A stretch of DNA of 64,000 nucleotides, taken from the NCBI GenBank assembly GCA_937127445.1, contig CAKZLY010000023.1, positions 18,107 to 82,106 on the forward strand, read 5' to 3'. Below are positions 50,819 through 59,520 of this stretch, in pieces. How positions within the stretch are numbered: the stretch's first letter is position 1; every line of letters begins with the position of its first letter. The position numbers and the translations under genes are program-made. This DNA comes from an uncultured Ignavibacteria bacterium (lineage in GTDB: Bacteria > Bacteroidota > Ignavibacteria > Kapaibacteriales > UBA2268). The notes beneath the pieces are model-generated. The model was given only the letters and a program-made list of their open reading frames with translations, had not been told where the DNA came from and did not search any database.

Positions 50819-51172
50819 ATGAACAACAAGGCAAAAGGAAATAAAGGCGAAGATATTGCTGTTAATTTTCTTATAAATAAAGGGTATGAAATAAGAAAGC
50901 GAAATTTTCATTTTGGAAGATATGGCGAAATTGATATAATTGCCGAAAAAGACAATACTTTAATTTTTTTTGAGGTAAAGGCAAGGTATAATTACGATAA
51001 GTTTGGCGACCCCCTATTTGCAATAAATTTCAAAAAACAATCAAGTTTCCGACGTGCAGCGGAAGGTTATCTATACGTGAACAAAATTGAGGACAAGGAA
51101 TGCAGATTCGATGTATTGATAGTTGATTTGAACAATTCTCAAGTAGAAAAACATTTAAAGAATGCATTTTAA
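50819..51172 (+). CDS. yraN: YraN (UPF0102) family nuclease-fold protein
   Basis: KGNKGED, GEIDIIA, FEVKAR, CRFDV, NAF. Confidence 0.93.
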   Translation: MNNKAKGNKGEDIAVNFLINKGYEIRKRNFHFGRYGEIDIIAEKDNTLIFFEVKARYNYDKFGDPLFAINFKKQSSFRRAAEGYLYVNKIEDKECRFDVLIVDLNNSQVEKHLKNAF

Positions 51173-53022
51173 CGATTTTCTCCGAAATACTTAATAATTG
51201 CTTCCGCTTGTTTCTTGGTAATATGTTTTGAAAGTTCATCTAAAGAAGCAGTTGAAATTTTTTCTACTGAGCCAAAAATTTTCAGTAGATTAAGAGCAGT
51301 TGTTTTGCCTATTGTTGGAATTTCAGTTAGTTGAGTATAAAGTGTATTTTTATCACGGAGCTGGCGATGAAACGAAATAGCAAAACGATGAGCTTCGTCT
51401 CTGATTTGTTGCAAAAGTTTAAGACTGCTTGACGATTTTGGTAGAAGAATTGAATCTTTTTTGCCAGGTAGAAAAATTTCTTCTAATCTTTTTGCTAAAC
51501 CAATTACAGTGACTTTATCCAAGAGACTAAGTCTTGTCAATACTTCAACAGCAGCAGAGAGTTGCCCTTTGCCCCCATCAATAATGATTAAGTCAGGCAG
51601 TTTTTGATTTTCCTCGATTAATCTACTATAACGACGTTCAACAACTTCACGCATAGAAGCAAAATCGTCGTTTACTTCAACAGTTTTAATTTTAAATTTG
51701 CGGTAATCGGATTTTTTGGGTTTACCGTTTTCGAAAACAACGAGGGATGAAACCAAATTTGTTCCTTGAAGATGCGAATTGTCAAAGCATTCCATTCGAA
51801 TGGGTGGATTTTTAAGTCGCAAATCTCTTTGAAGGGTAAGCACGCTGCGAGCAATATTTTGCTCACGTTTCGAAAAGGCAAGAATGTATTCATTAAGAAT
51901 AAAATTGGCATTTGCATTAGCCATATCGATGATTTTTTTCTTTTCACCAATTTTGGGTATTTGAATAGATAGAGTTTTGCCACGCCGTTTGCCAAGCCAA
52001 TCAGTAATATATTCAAGTTGGTCGAACTCACAAGGAACAAGCAATTCAGCAGGAATAAAGTCTGTTTCCAAATACCATTTTTCTATAGTCTTTGCAATTA
52101 TTTCAGCTTCGGTGTCTAATTCAGCATTTTTAATAATGTAATGCCTTTTCCCGAGCAATTTACCTTCACGAACTTTAAGGACGATTGAACAAGCGTAGCT
52201 ATCGATTTTAGCAATGCCGAAAATGTCTCTATCAATAAAATCTGTGAAAATAACTTTCTGCCGCGAGGAAAATTCACGTAGAGCTTGAAGTTTGTTTCTA
52301 ACAAGGGCTGCTTTTTCAAATTCCATTTTTTCTGAAAACAAAAACATTTCTTCTTCAAGAATTTTTTCAATTTCACGAGTTTTTCCGGAAAGAACTTGTA
52401 TCGCTGATTTAACATTATTGATATATTCCTCACGCGAAATATGTTCCTCGCAAGGGCCCTGGCATTTACGAATATGATAATCCAAACATACTTTGAATTT
52501 TTTGCGAGAAATAGCATTTCCTGTAAGTTTCAAGTCGCAGCTTCGTAATTGGAAGATAGTGCGAATTGAACGAATTAATTGTTTAATACTGCGAACATCA
52601 GTAAATGGACCAAAGTATTTAGAACCGTCTTTAATAAGTTTTCTTGTCGGGAAAATGCGAGGAAATTCCTCATTTGTAACTCGAACGTAAGGATAAGATT
52701 TATCATCACGAAGCATTATGTTGTATTTTGGTTTCAGGGATTTGATTAAATTATCTTCTAGCAGAAATGCTTCTATTTCAGAATCGACGATAATAATCTC
52801 GAAACCGAAAATATGGCGAATCATAGCATTTGTTTTAGCGTCTTGAGGCTTCCCAACTTGGAAGTAAGAACGAACTCTATTTCTAAGATTTTTAGATTTA
52901 CCAACATAAATAACTTTGCCATTTTTATCTTTAAATTGATAAATACCAGGCTTTGGTGGCAAATTAGATAATTTGTCGCCGAGCAAGTCAATTTTTTCTT
53001 GTATGATTTCAAATTTTTCCAT
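51169..53022 (-). CDS. uvrC: Excinuclease ABC subunit C
   Basis: GIY-YIG (PGIY...YVGKSKNLRNRVRSYF), ECFDNSH, IDGGKGQL, RDEAHRFA, HhH. Confidence 0.98.
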   Translation of the reverse strand: MEKFEIIQEKIDLLGDKLSNLPPKPGIYQFKDKNGKVIYVGKSKNLRNRVRSYFQVGKPQDAKTNAMIRHIFGFEIIIVDSEIEAFLLEDNLIKSLKPKYNIMLRDDKSYPYVRVTNEEFPRIFPTRKLIKDGSKYFGPFTDVRSIKQLIRSIRTIFQLRSCDLKLTGNAISRKKFKVCLDYHIRKCQGPCEEHISREEYINNVKSAIQVLSGKTREIEKILEEEMFLFSEKMEFEKAALVRNKLQALREFSSRQKVIFTDFIDRDIFGIAKIDSYACSIVLKVREGKLLGKRHYIIKNAELDTEAEIIAKTIEKWYLETDFIPAELLVPCEFDQLEYITDWLGKRRGKTLSIQIPKIGEKKKIIDMANANANFILNEYILAFSKREQNIARSVLTLQRDLRLKNPPIRMECFDNSHLQGTNLVSSLVVFENGKPKKSDYRKFKIKTVEVNDDFASMREVVERRYSRLIEENQKLPDLIIIDGGKGQLSAAVEVLTRLSLLDKVTVIGLAKRLEEIFLPGKKDSILLPKSSSSLKLLQQIRDEAHRFAISFHRQLRDKNTLYTQLTEIPTIGKTTALNLLKIFGSVEKISTASLDELSKHITKKQAEAIIKYFGENR

Positions 53023-53147
53023 TTTATAAAATATATATTATCTGTTCTAATATTTAATTTTATTAAATTTGTCAAGTATTTAGCAGTATTAACGATAAAA
53101 TAAGCAATAGAGTATATTTTTACAAACATAAATTCAATGAGGGGAAA

Positions 53148-54023
53148 ATGGAAATAATACGAACAATAAGAGAAATGCAAAATTTATCGAAAAAATTATC
53201 AAATAAAGGTGTAGTAATAGGCTGCGTTCCAACAATGGGCTATTTGCACGAGGGACACTTGAATTTAATTAGAAAAGCCAAAGAAATTAGTGATTATGTT
53301 GTAATGACATTATTTGTCAATCCCAAGCAGTTTGGACCGAATGAAGATTTTGAAAGGTACCCGAGAGATTTCGAAAGGGATTATAAGCTTGCTGAAAATG
53401 CAGGGTGCGATTTGATTTTTGCTCCTGATATTATCGAGATGTATCCAATTGGATTTTCTACTTCTGTTGAAATACATAACATAACGAGTAAATTCGAAGG
53501 CGAGCGGCGACCTGGACATTTTGATGGTGTTGCATTAGTTGTAGCCAAATTGTTTAATGCTGTCAAACCAGATGTTGCTATTTTCGGACAAAAAGATTAC
53601 CAGCAAACACTTGTAATTAAGCAATTAGTTCGAGATTTGAATTTCGACTTGAAGATTGTAGTTGCCCCAACCGTACGCGAAGCAGACGGGCTTGCAATGA
53701 GTTCGCGAAACACTTATTTAACACCTGAACTAAGAGCCAAAGCTAATGTTTTATTTAACGCACTTGAAGATGGAATTAAAGCAATAGAAGGAGGTTGCCG
53801 CGAGAGAAAAGTAATAAATGCAATATTACACAAAAGGTTAAGAACCGTTCAAGAAATAAAAATAGATTATGCTTGTGCAGCGTTGGCTGATAATTTAGAT
53901 GAACCTGATGTATTTCTTGCTGGCGACCACGTGGTATTGTTAATTGCGTGTTATCTTGGTACAACAAGATTGATAGATAATGCACTTGTTACAATTCCGA
54001 AAACCAACACAAATAAGGGGTAA
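53148..54023 (+). CDS. panC: Pantoate-beta-alanine ligase
   Basis: VPTMGYLHEGH, FVNPKQF, RPGHFDGV, FGQKDYQQ, GLAMSSRN, RLIDN. Confidence 0.98.
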   Translation: MEIIRTIREMQNLSKKLSNKGVVIGCVPTMGYLHEGHLNLIRKAKEISDYVVMTLFVNPKQFGPNEDFERYPRDFERDYKLAENAGCDLIFAPDIIEMYPIGFSTSVEIHNITSKFEGERRPGHFDGVALVVAKLFNAVKPDVAIFGQKDYQQTLVIKQLVRDLNFDLKIVVAPTVREADGLAMSSRNTYLTPELRAKANVLFNALEDGIKAIEGGCRERKVINAILHKRLRTVQEIKIDYACAALADNLDEPDVFLAGDHVVLLIACYLGTTRLIDNALVTIPKTNTNKG

Positions 54024-54026
54024 TAG

Positions 54027-55382
54027 TTACAGTAATTTTTTTGCTGTTTCTATTAATTCATTTGTTTGATCTTCGCTTTGTGATTCAGCAATAATACGAA
54101 TTATGGGTTCAGTATTAGACTTTCTGATTTGCAACCAGCTATTATTCAGAAAATCTATACGTAATCCATCTTGTTCGTCGAACACACCTTGAAGAAAACT
54201 TTTCTTAAATTTATTAATAAGGCTCGAAAAATCTCTGTCAAAAGAAAATTTTTCTTTTTTCATAAAAAGTTTCGGAAAAGAGGCGATAACGTCGAAAATA
54301 TTTTGATTTTTATCTACAATTTCAGTAAGAATCAAAGCTAAACCAACAAGAGAATCTCTTCCATAATGGCATTGAGGTAGGATAACTCCACCGCTTCCTT
54401 CGCCACCGATTATGGCGGCTACTTCTTTCATTTTCTTAACTACATTGATTTCGCCAACAGGCGAACGGTGAAGTTTTGCATTATGTTGGTTACAAATCCA
54501 TTCACTAATATTTGAAGACGATAAATTCACAACAACGGTATTATCTTTTGCTTTTGAATTGCGAAGTACTGCATCAACGGCAAGAGCAATTGTTAATTCT
54601 TCATTAATACATTCACCATTATTATCAACAAGCACAAGTCTATCAGCATCTGGATCAACAGCAACGCCAAAATCGCATTTGTTCATTTGAACAAATTCAG
54701 CAAGCTGAGCTAAATTTTTAGGAAGAGGTTCGGGTTCGTGCGGAAAGACCCCGGAGCCATCACAAAATAGTTCAAGTGTTTCGCAATCAAAGCTTTTTAG
54801 CAATGCAGGGACAGCAACTGAACCACTTGCGTTTACCGCATCAACGGCAATCTTGAATTTTCTATTTCTAATAACCTCAATTTTTGACTTTACAATATCA
54901 ATATCGAGAATTTTATCAATATGAAAATTAATTGCATTGTTAATAGTTTCAATCTTCCCAGAGCGATGATTAACAACACTATCCGGGTTATCAACAAAAT
55001 CCCACAATTTTTGGTTTTCAAATTCATCAAGAAAAACACCATAGGAATTAATAAACTTCAAGCCATTCCAGTTTTGAGGATTGTGAGAAGCTGTAATTGC
55101 TATTCCGCCTTCGAAATTAGATAATTCAGAATAGAGTTGAACAGTTGGAGTAGGAACAACACCGAGCGAAACAACCTCACATCCCAGATTAGATAATTCA
55201 CTAAGCACTAATTTTTCTATTTCGTTACTTCCCTGGCGACCGTCTCTACCTACAACAATTCGTCCGAAATTAAGCAGTTTTGCAAATGCTCTAATGTAGG
55301 AACTTATCAATTTAGTATTCAGAGAGCCGTCATCAGTTGTGGCTCGAAGTCCAGAAATTGAACGAACAACAGGCATATTCAT
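54027..55382 (-). CDS. glmM: Phosphoglucosamine mutase / alpha-D-phosphohexomutase
   Basis: SISGLR, ITASHNP, DPDADRL, VGEINV, GGEGSGG, RKSNTEP; GlmM versus PMM/PGM not resolved. Confidence 0.75.
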   Translation of the reverse strand: MNMPVVRSISGLRATTDDGSLNTKLISSYIRAFAKLLNFGRIVVGRDGRQGSNEIEKLVLSELSNLGCEVVSLGVVPTPTVQLYSELSNFEGGIAITASHNPQNWNGLKFINSYGVFLDEFENQKLWDFVDNPDSVVNHRSGKIETINNAINFHIDKILDIDIVKSKIEVIRNRKFKIAVDAVNASGSVAVPALLKSFDCETLELFCDGSGVFPHEPEPLPKNLAQLAEFVQMNKCDFGVAVDPDADRLVLVDNNGECINEELTIALAVDAVLRNSKAKDNTVVVNLSSSNISEWICNQHNAKLHRSPVGEINVVKKMKEVAAIIGGEGSGGVILPQCHYGRDSLVGLALILTEIVDKNQNIFDVIASFPKLFMKKEKFSFDRDFSSLINKFKKSFLQGVFDEQDGLRIDFLNNSWLQIRKSNTEPIIRIIAESQSEDQTNELIETAKKLL

Positions 55383-55405
55383 CCAGAATGAGGTTTAACA
55401 AATTA

Positions 55406-55430
55406 AAAAGGGGCTGTCAAAAGCCCCTTT
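55406..55430 (-). terminator. Terminator after initiator tRNA
   Basis: Minus strand AAAGGGGCT-TTTGAC-AGCCCC-TTTTT. Confidence 0.85.
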
Positions 55431-55436
55431 GAGTAG

Positions 55437-55508
55437 TGGCGGGGTCAGGACTTGAACCTGAAACCTTCGGGTTATGAGCCCGACGAGATACCATTACTCC
55501 ACCCCGCT
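55437..55508 (-). tRNA. Initiator tRNA-Met (CAT), CCA not encoded
   Basis: AGCGGGGTGGAGTAATGGTATCTCGTCGGGCTCATAACCCGAAGGTTTCAGGTTCAAGTCCTGACCCCGCCA; three G-C pairs in the anticodon stem, 1:72 mismatch, A11-U24. Confidence 0.95.
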
Positions 55509-55521
55509 ATAATTTGGAATA

Positions 55522-55620
55522 CAAAATTAACACATTTTTAATTAAAATCCAAGAAGAATTTTATTCACACGCATTGTATCTAAAAAATAATACGGGTGTT
55601 ATTAGTAAGTAATAAATTTG
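55522..55620. promoter_or_regulatory. Divergent TAnnTTTG elements for tRNA-fMet (-, 55522-55529) and the S8 protease gene (+, 55613-55620)
   Basis: TAATTTTG on the minus strand, TAAATTTG on the plus strand. Confidence 0.55.
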
Positions 55621-55764
55621 CAACATATAAAATTATATAGAAAATAAAAATTGTCATTGAAAAAACAGAAATAATATTGATGAAAATTTGGTCTAACTGA
55701 CTAAACATAAATAAATAAGTCGATTTTTTTTTAGTATATTAAAGAAAAACAGTAGAGGCAAAAA

Positions 55765-58700
55765 ATGAAAAAATTAATTACTCTTTGTATCCTGATGCTA
55801 TTGCAGATTAGCATTGTTTTTTCTCAAACAATTAACAACAAAGGTATTTTTATTGAAAGAGCGGGGCAAAAATTATCAAATGATTATTTTAGTCCAAGAG
55901 AAATGATCGAAATACCCCAATTAGATAAAAAGTATTATCTTCCACAAGCAATACATATAAAAACAAAGCAAAATTTGACACTTGAAAAGAACAAATATGC
56001 TAAGTTATCACCGTCTATCCAATCAAGCACTGAAGGATTAGGCGATGTAAGAATAAAAGCATTATTTCCAGATTATTCAGAATATAAAAAGATGTCTGAA
56101 GACAAATATGGTGTAGGAAGAATATATGAACTCAGATATAGCAATCCAATAGATCCGTATGACGTATGTAAAGAGCTGCTAAAAAACCCTGAGATAGAAT
56201 ATGCCTATCCAATATTTATACGCTATCCATATTTCTCACCAAATGACCCACTTATTACAAATCAGTATTATTTAACAAATATTGCAGCATATCAAGCGTG
56301 GGATGTATCGCTTGGCGATACAACAGTTGTTATTGCAATTGTTGACTCAGGTATTGACTATACTCATCCCGATTTGCAGGATAATTTATCATCTACCCAA
56401 TATGATTTTGTAGGTGATGTAACCTATACTGATGTCCAGAATGGCAATTGGAAAGAAGACAACGACCCAAGACCATCGAGTAGCAACAATACTCACGGAA
56501 CACACGTAACTGGTTGTGCAAATGCTGTAACTAACAATGGGATTGGGATTGCATCAATAGGAGCAAAATGCAAATATATGCCGATTAAGGTTGGTGCGGA
56601 TAATCCAAATGTAAATGGTATTTTCCGTGGATATGAAGCAATATTATATGCAGCTCAAAATGGGGCCAAAGTAATAAATTGCAGTTGGGGTGGTCCTGGA
56701 TTTTCGCAAGCAGAACAGGATATCATAAATCAAGCAGTTGCATTAGGAAGTGTGGTAGTAGTAGCAGCAGGAAATGATGGATATTTTTTAAATACATATC
56801 CTCAGTATCCAGCAAATTATAGTAATGTTATTTGCGTGGGAGCAACAAACCAATCGGATAAAGCAACAAGTTTTTCAAATTATGGGCAGTCTGTAACAGT
56901 TTTTGCTCCGGGACAAGCAATTTATTCTACAATACCCAATAACAGATATACAAGTTATGATGGGACTTCAATGGCATCACCCATTGTTGCCGGACTGGCG
57001 GGTCTTGTACGAAGTGCATTCCCACACTATACGCCGATACAAGTATATCATCAAATTAGGAGTACTGTCGATAATTTTGTTACAAATCAAGACAACAGAC
57101 CTCTTTACTACGGTCGTGTAAATGCATATAAGGCTCTTACGTTCAATAATCCTAAATATCCTGACAGAAAAATTCCGGGGTGCGGAGTAGTAGATTTTTC
57201 AATTAGCGGTAGCGACGCTATTACAAATTATGCTCGCCAAACACTAAAAATAAAAATTAAGAATTACCTATCCCCTACTTCTTCAAATTTTAAAGTGAAA
57301 TTTTCCTCATACGATAAAAATTTAATCATTTATGGAAATCAGAATTATGTTGGTATTTTAGGTAATATGGAAGAAAAAGAATTTACAGTTGATATCGAAT
57401 TAAAGAATACAAATTTGTGGTTTAGTGGATATGTAGATGTATTATTAAGTTTCGAAGACGATAATTATATTGATTACAATCTTGTAAAAATTCCAATAAA
57501 AATAAAGACAGAAAATACATATACTACTCAGTCTTTTATCCCGGCAAGTTATTCTTTGAAGATTAATCATACTTATAGTCCGAATTATTCTTCACTATGG
57601 CTGGTTGGTTCAATTTATGATTTTCTCAGTGTGATTTATCTTAGAAATCAAAATGGAGCATCTTATATACCCCAGGGGAACAATCAATTGCAAGCAGTAT
57701 ATGCATTCAACGATAGCAAAGCAGCGGTTGCGATTAATTCAGTTACAAGCGTGCCATCAGTTTCGATGACTACAAATCAAGGGCAAAACTGGACAAGTAA
57801 AACACTTTCTAATTATATGACACTAATAAGAAACATTCATTTCTTCGATGATAACAATGGAGTAGCAATAGGGAACCCATTAAACAACAGATATGGGGTT
57901 GCAATAACAACTGATGGTGGAAATAGCTGGTCGTCGCCTGAAAGCACTCTTCCAGCATCATCTGGCGAAACAGCTCTGACCGGTTCAATCGCTTCGACTT
58001 CTAACAGCATCTGGTTTGGCACAAGCATCGGAAAAATATATCGTTCTTCTAATAAGGGACGAAACTGGACTTCTCATTATGTAGCAAGCCAAGTATCTAT
58101 TCCATTAATTGCATTCAAAGATGAGAGCAACGGATTAACTATATATCAGAAAAGTGATGGAAGCTACAATTTGGCAAAAACAACGAATGCAGGTGTGAAC
58201 TGGGCTACAGATGTATATAATATTTCAAGTATGGGAAATAAGCCTGTATATCTATATTCTCCAAAGAACAAAAATGTGTATATATTAGTACTTGAAAATG
58301 GTTCGGTTTATATTTCTCATAATGATGGAGAGAGTTGGACACCAATTCTATCGAGATACACTGAGGGAGTGAAAAACTGCGCAGCGGTACTATCGGGAAA
58401 CAATGTAAGAATATGGATGGCTAGCCCAACTTATATTTCTACATTAGACTTCCCTATTCCTGTCAGCAATCCAACAAAAGAATTGACTATTCTTAACGGT
58501 GAGAAATTAAATTTTGGCAATGTGCGGGTCGGGACGAACAAAATTGAAAGAATAACTCTTGAAAATAAAGGCAACACAAGAATATTTATTGATAAAGTTT
58601 ATATCAAAGGGACAGATGCTGATGAATTTACTATTACTATTGGAACTTCTGAATATGTAGATGCTGGTGCAACAGGAAATGTTAGAATTCGCTTTAGTCC

Positions 58701-59385
58701 AAAAACTGTTGGTGAAAAAAACGCAATTTTGGTAATTGAAAGCGATGCAGCACCATATAGGCTTGAATTTCCAATTTCAGGATACGCCATCGAAAGTGTA
58801 AATTCTTCGTTTACTACAAGTATGGATGAAATTGCATTCGATTCGCTTTATTTAGGAGAAGTCCAGAACAAAATAATCACAATTATAAACAACGGTGAAA
58901 GTGGATTAAATATTAAATTAAATATTAACAATCCAAATTTCTCATACTTACCAGCACAAGAAACATTTAGTTTAGATACTGGAAAGAGTATGGATATTAC
59001 AGTGCTATTTCAGCCACAGGCAGAAGGTGTAATTTCTGGTTTTCTCAATATTCAAGACTTAATAAGTGGAATTACTAAAAACATTACACTTTCGGGTTAT
59101 GGCAAAAGTATTACATCAATTCAAAATGACTTTAAAATCTCATGTATCTTCCCAAATCCAGTAACTAATAATGCAACATTTATTATTAATTCTAATCTTT
59201 CAACTCGAATATCAGCAAAAGTTATGGATATAAGTGGCAAAATAGTAAAAGAATTGAGTAATATCAATTTGATTGAAGGTGAAAATTTAATAAGCATTCA
59301 ACTTGAAGAATTGACTTCTGGTGCATATTTACTTCAAATTATCAGCAATAATTTAGTTAAAAATTATCTATTCATTAAACAATAA
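55765..59385 (+). CDS. T9SS-secreted S8 subtilase with an Asp-box propeller and two Ig-like (ASH/choice-of-anchor D-like) domains
   Basis: Triad IVDSG, HGTHV, GTSMASP; AAGN; Asp-boxes TTDGGNSW, SSNKGRNW, SHNDGESW; C-terminal FPNP...SGAYLL. Confidence 0.92.
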   Translation: MKKLITLCILMLLQISIVFSQTINNKGIFIERAGQKLSNDYFSPREMIEIPQLDKKYYLPQAIHIKTKQNLTLEKNKYAKLSPSIQSSTEGLGDVRIKALFPDYSEYKKMSEDKYGVGRIYELRYSNPIDPYDVCKELLKNPEIEYAYPIFIRYPYFSPNDPLITNQYYLTNIAAYQAWDVSLGDTTVVIAIVDSGIDYTHPDLQDNLSSTQYDFVGDVTYTDVQNGNWKEDNDPRPSSSNNTHGTHVTGCANAVTNNGIGIASIGAKCKYMPIKVGADNPNVNGIFRGYEAILYAAQNGAKVINCSWGGPGFSQAEQDIINQAVALGSVVVVAAGNDGYFLNTYPQYPANYSNVICVGATNQSDKATSFSNYGQSVTVFAPGQAIYSTIPNNRYTSYDGTSMASPIVAGLAGLVRSAFPHYTPIQVYHQIRSTVDNFVTNQDNRPLYYGRVNAYKALTFNNPKYPDRKIPGCGVVDFSISGSDAITNYARQTLKIKIKNYLSPTSSNFKVKFSSYDKNLIIYGNQNYVGILGNMEEKEFTVDIELKNTNLWFSGYVDVLLSFEDDNYIDYNLVKIPIKIKTENTYTTQSFIPASYSLKINHTYSPNYSSLWLVGSIYDFLSVIYLRNQNGASYIPQGNNQLQAVYAFNDSKAAVAINSVTSVPSVSMTTNQGQNWTSKTLSNYMTLIRNIHFFDDNNGVAIGNPLNNRYGVAITTDGGNSWSSPESTLPASSGETALTGSIASTSNSIWFGTSIGKIYRSSNKGRNWTSHYVASQVSIPLIAFKDESNGLTIYQKSDGSYNLAKTTNAGVNWATDVYNISSMGNKPVYLYSPKNKNVYILVLENGSVYISHNDGESWTPILSRYTEGVKNCAAVLSGNNVRIWMASPTYISTLDFPIPVSNPTKELTILNGEKLNFGNVRVGTNKIERITLENKGNTRIFIDKVYIKGTDADEFTITIGTSEYVDAGATGNVRIRFSPKTVGEKNAILVIESDAAPYRLEFPISGYAIESVNSSFTTSMDEIAFDSLYLGEVQNKIITIINNGESGLNIKLNINNPNFSYLPAQETFSLDTGKSMDITVLFQPQAEGVISGFLNIQDLISGITKNITLSGYGKSITSIQNDFKISCIFPNPVTNNATFIINSNLSTRISAKVMDISGKIVKELSNINLIEGENLISIQLEELTSGAYLLQIISNNLVKNYLFIKQ

Positions 59386-59396
59386 TTAGCATTATG

Positions 59397-59428
59397 AACA
59401 AGGCTGGCTAAATGTCAGCCTTGTTTTT
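59397..59428 (+). terminator. Intrinsic terminator
   Basis: AACAAGGCTGGC-TAAAT-GTCAGCCTTGTT followed by TTT. Confidence 0.85.
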
Positions 59429-59520
59429 ATTTAAAGATGTTGATTTTTATCATATAAATTAAATTTATTTTCTTTGAATTTTTATTAAATTTGTTTTTTA
59501 TTAACTTATTAGGTATTGAA

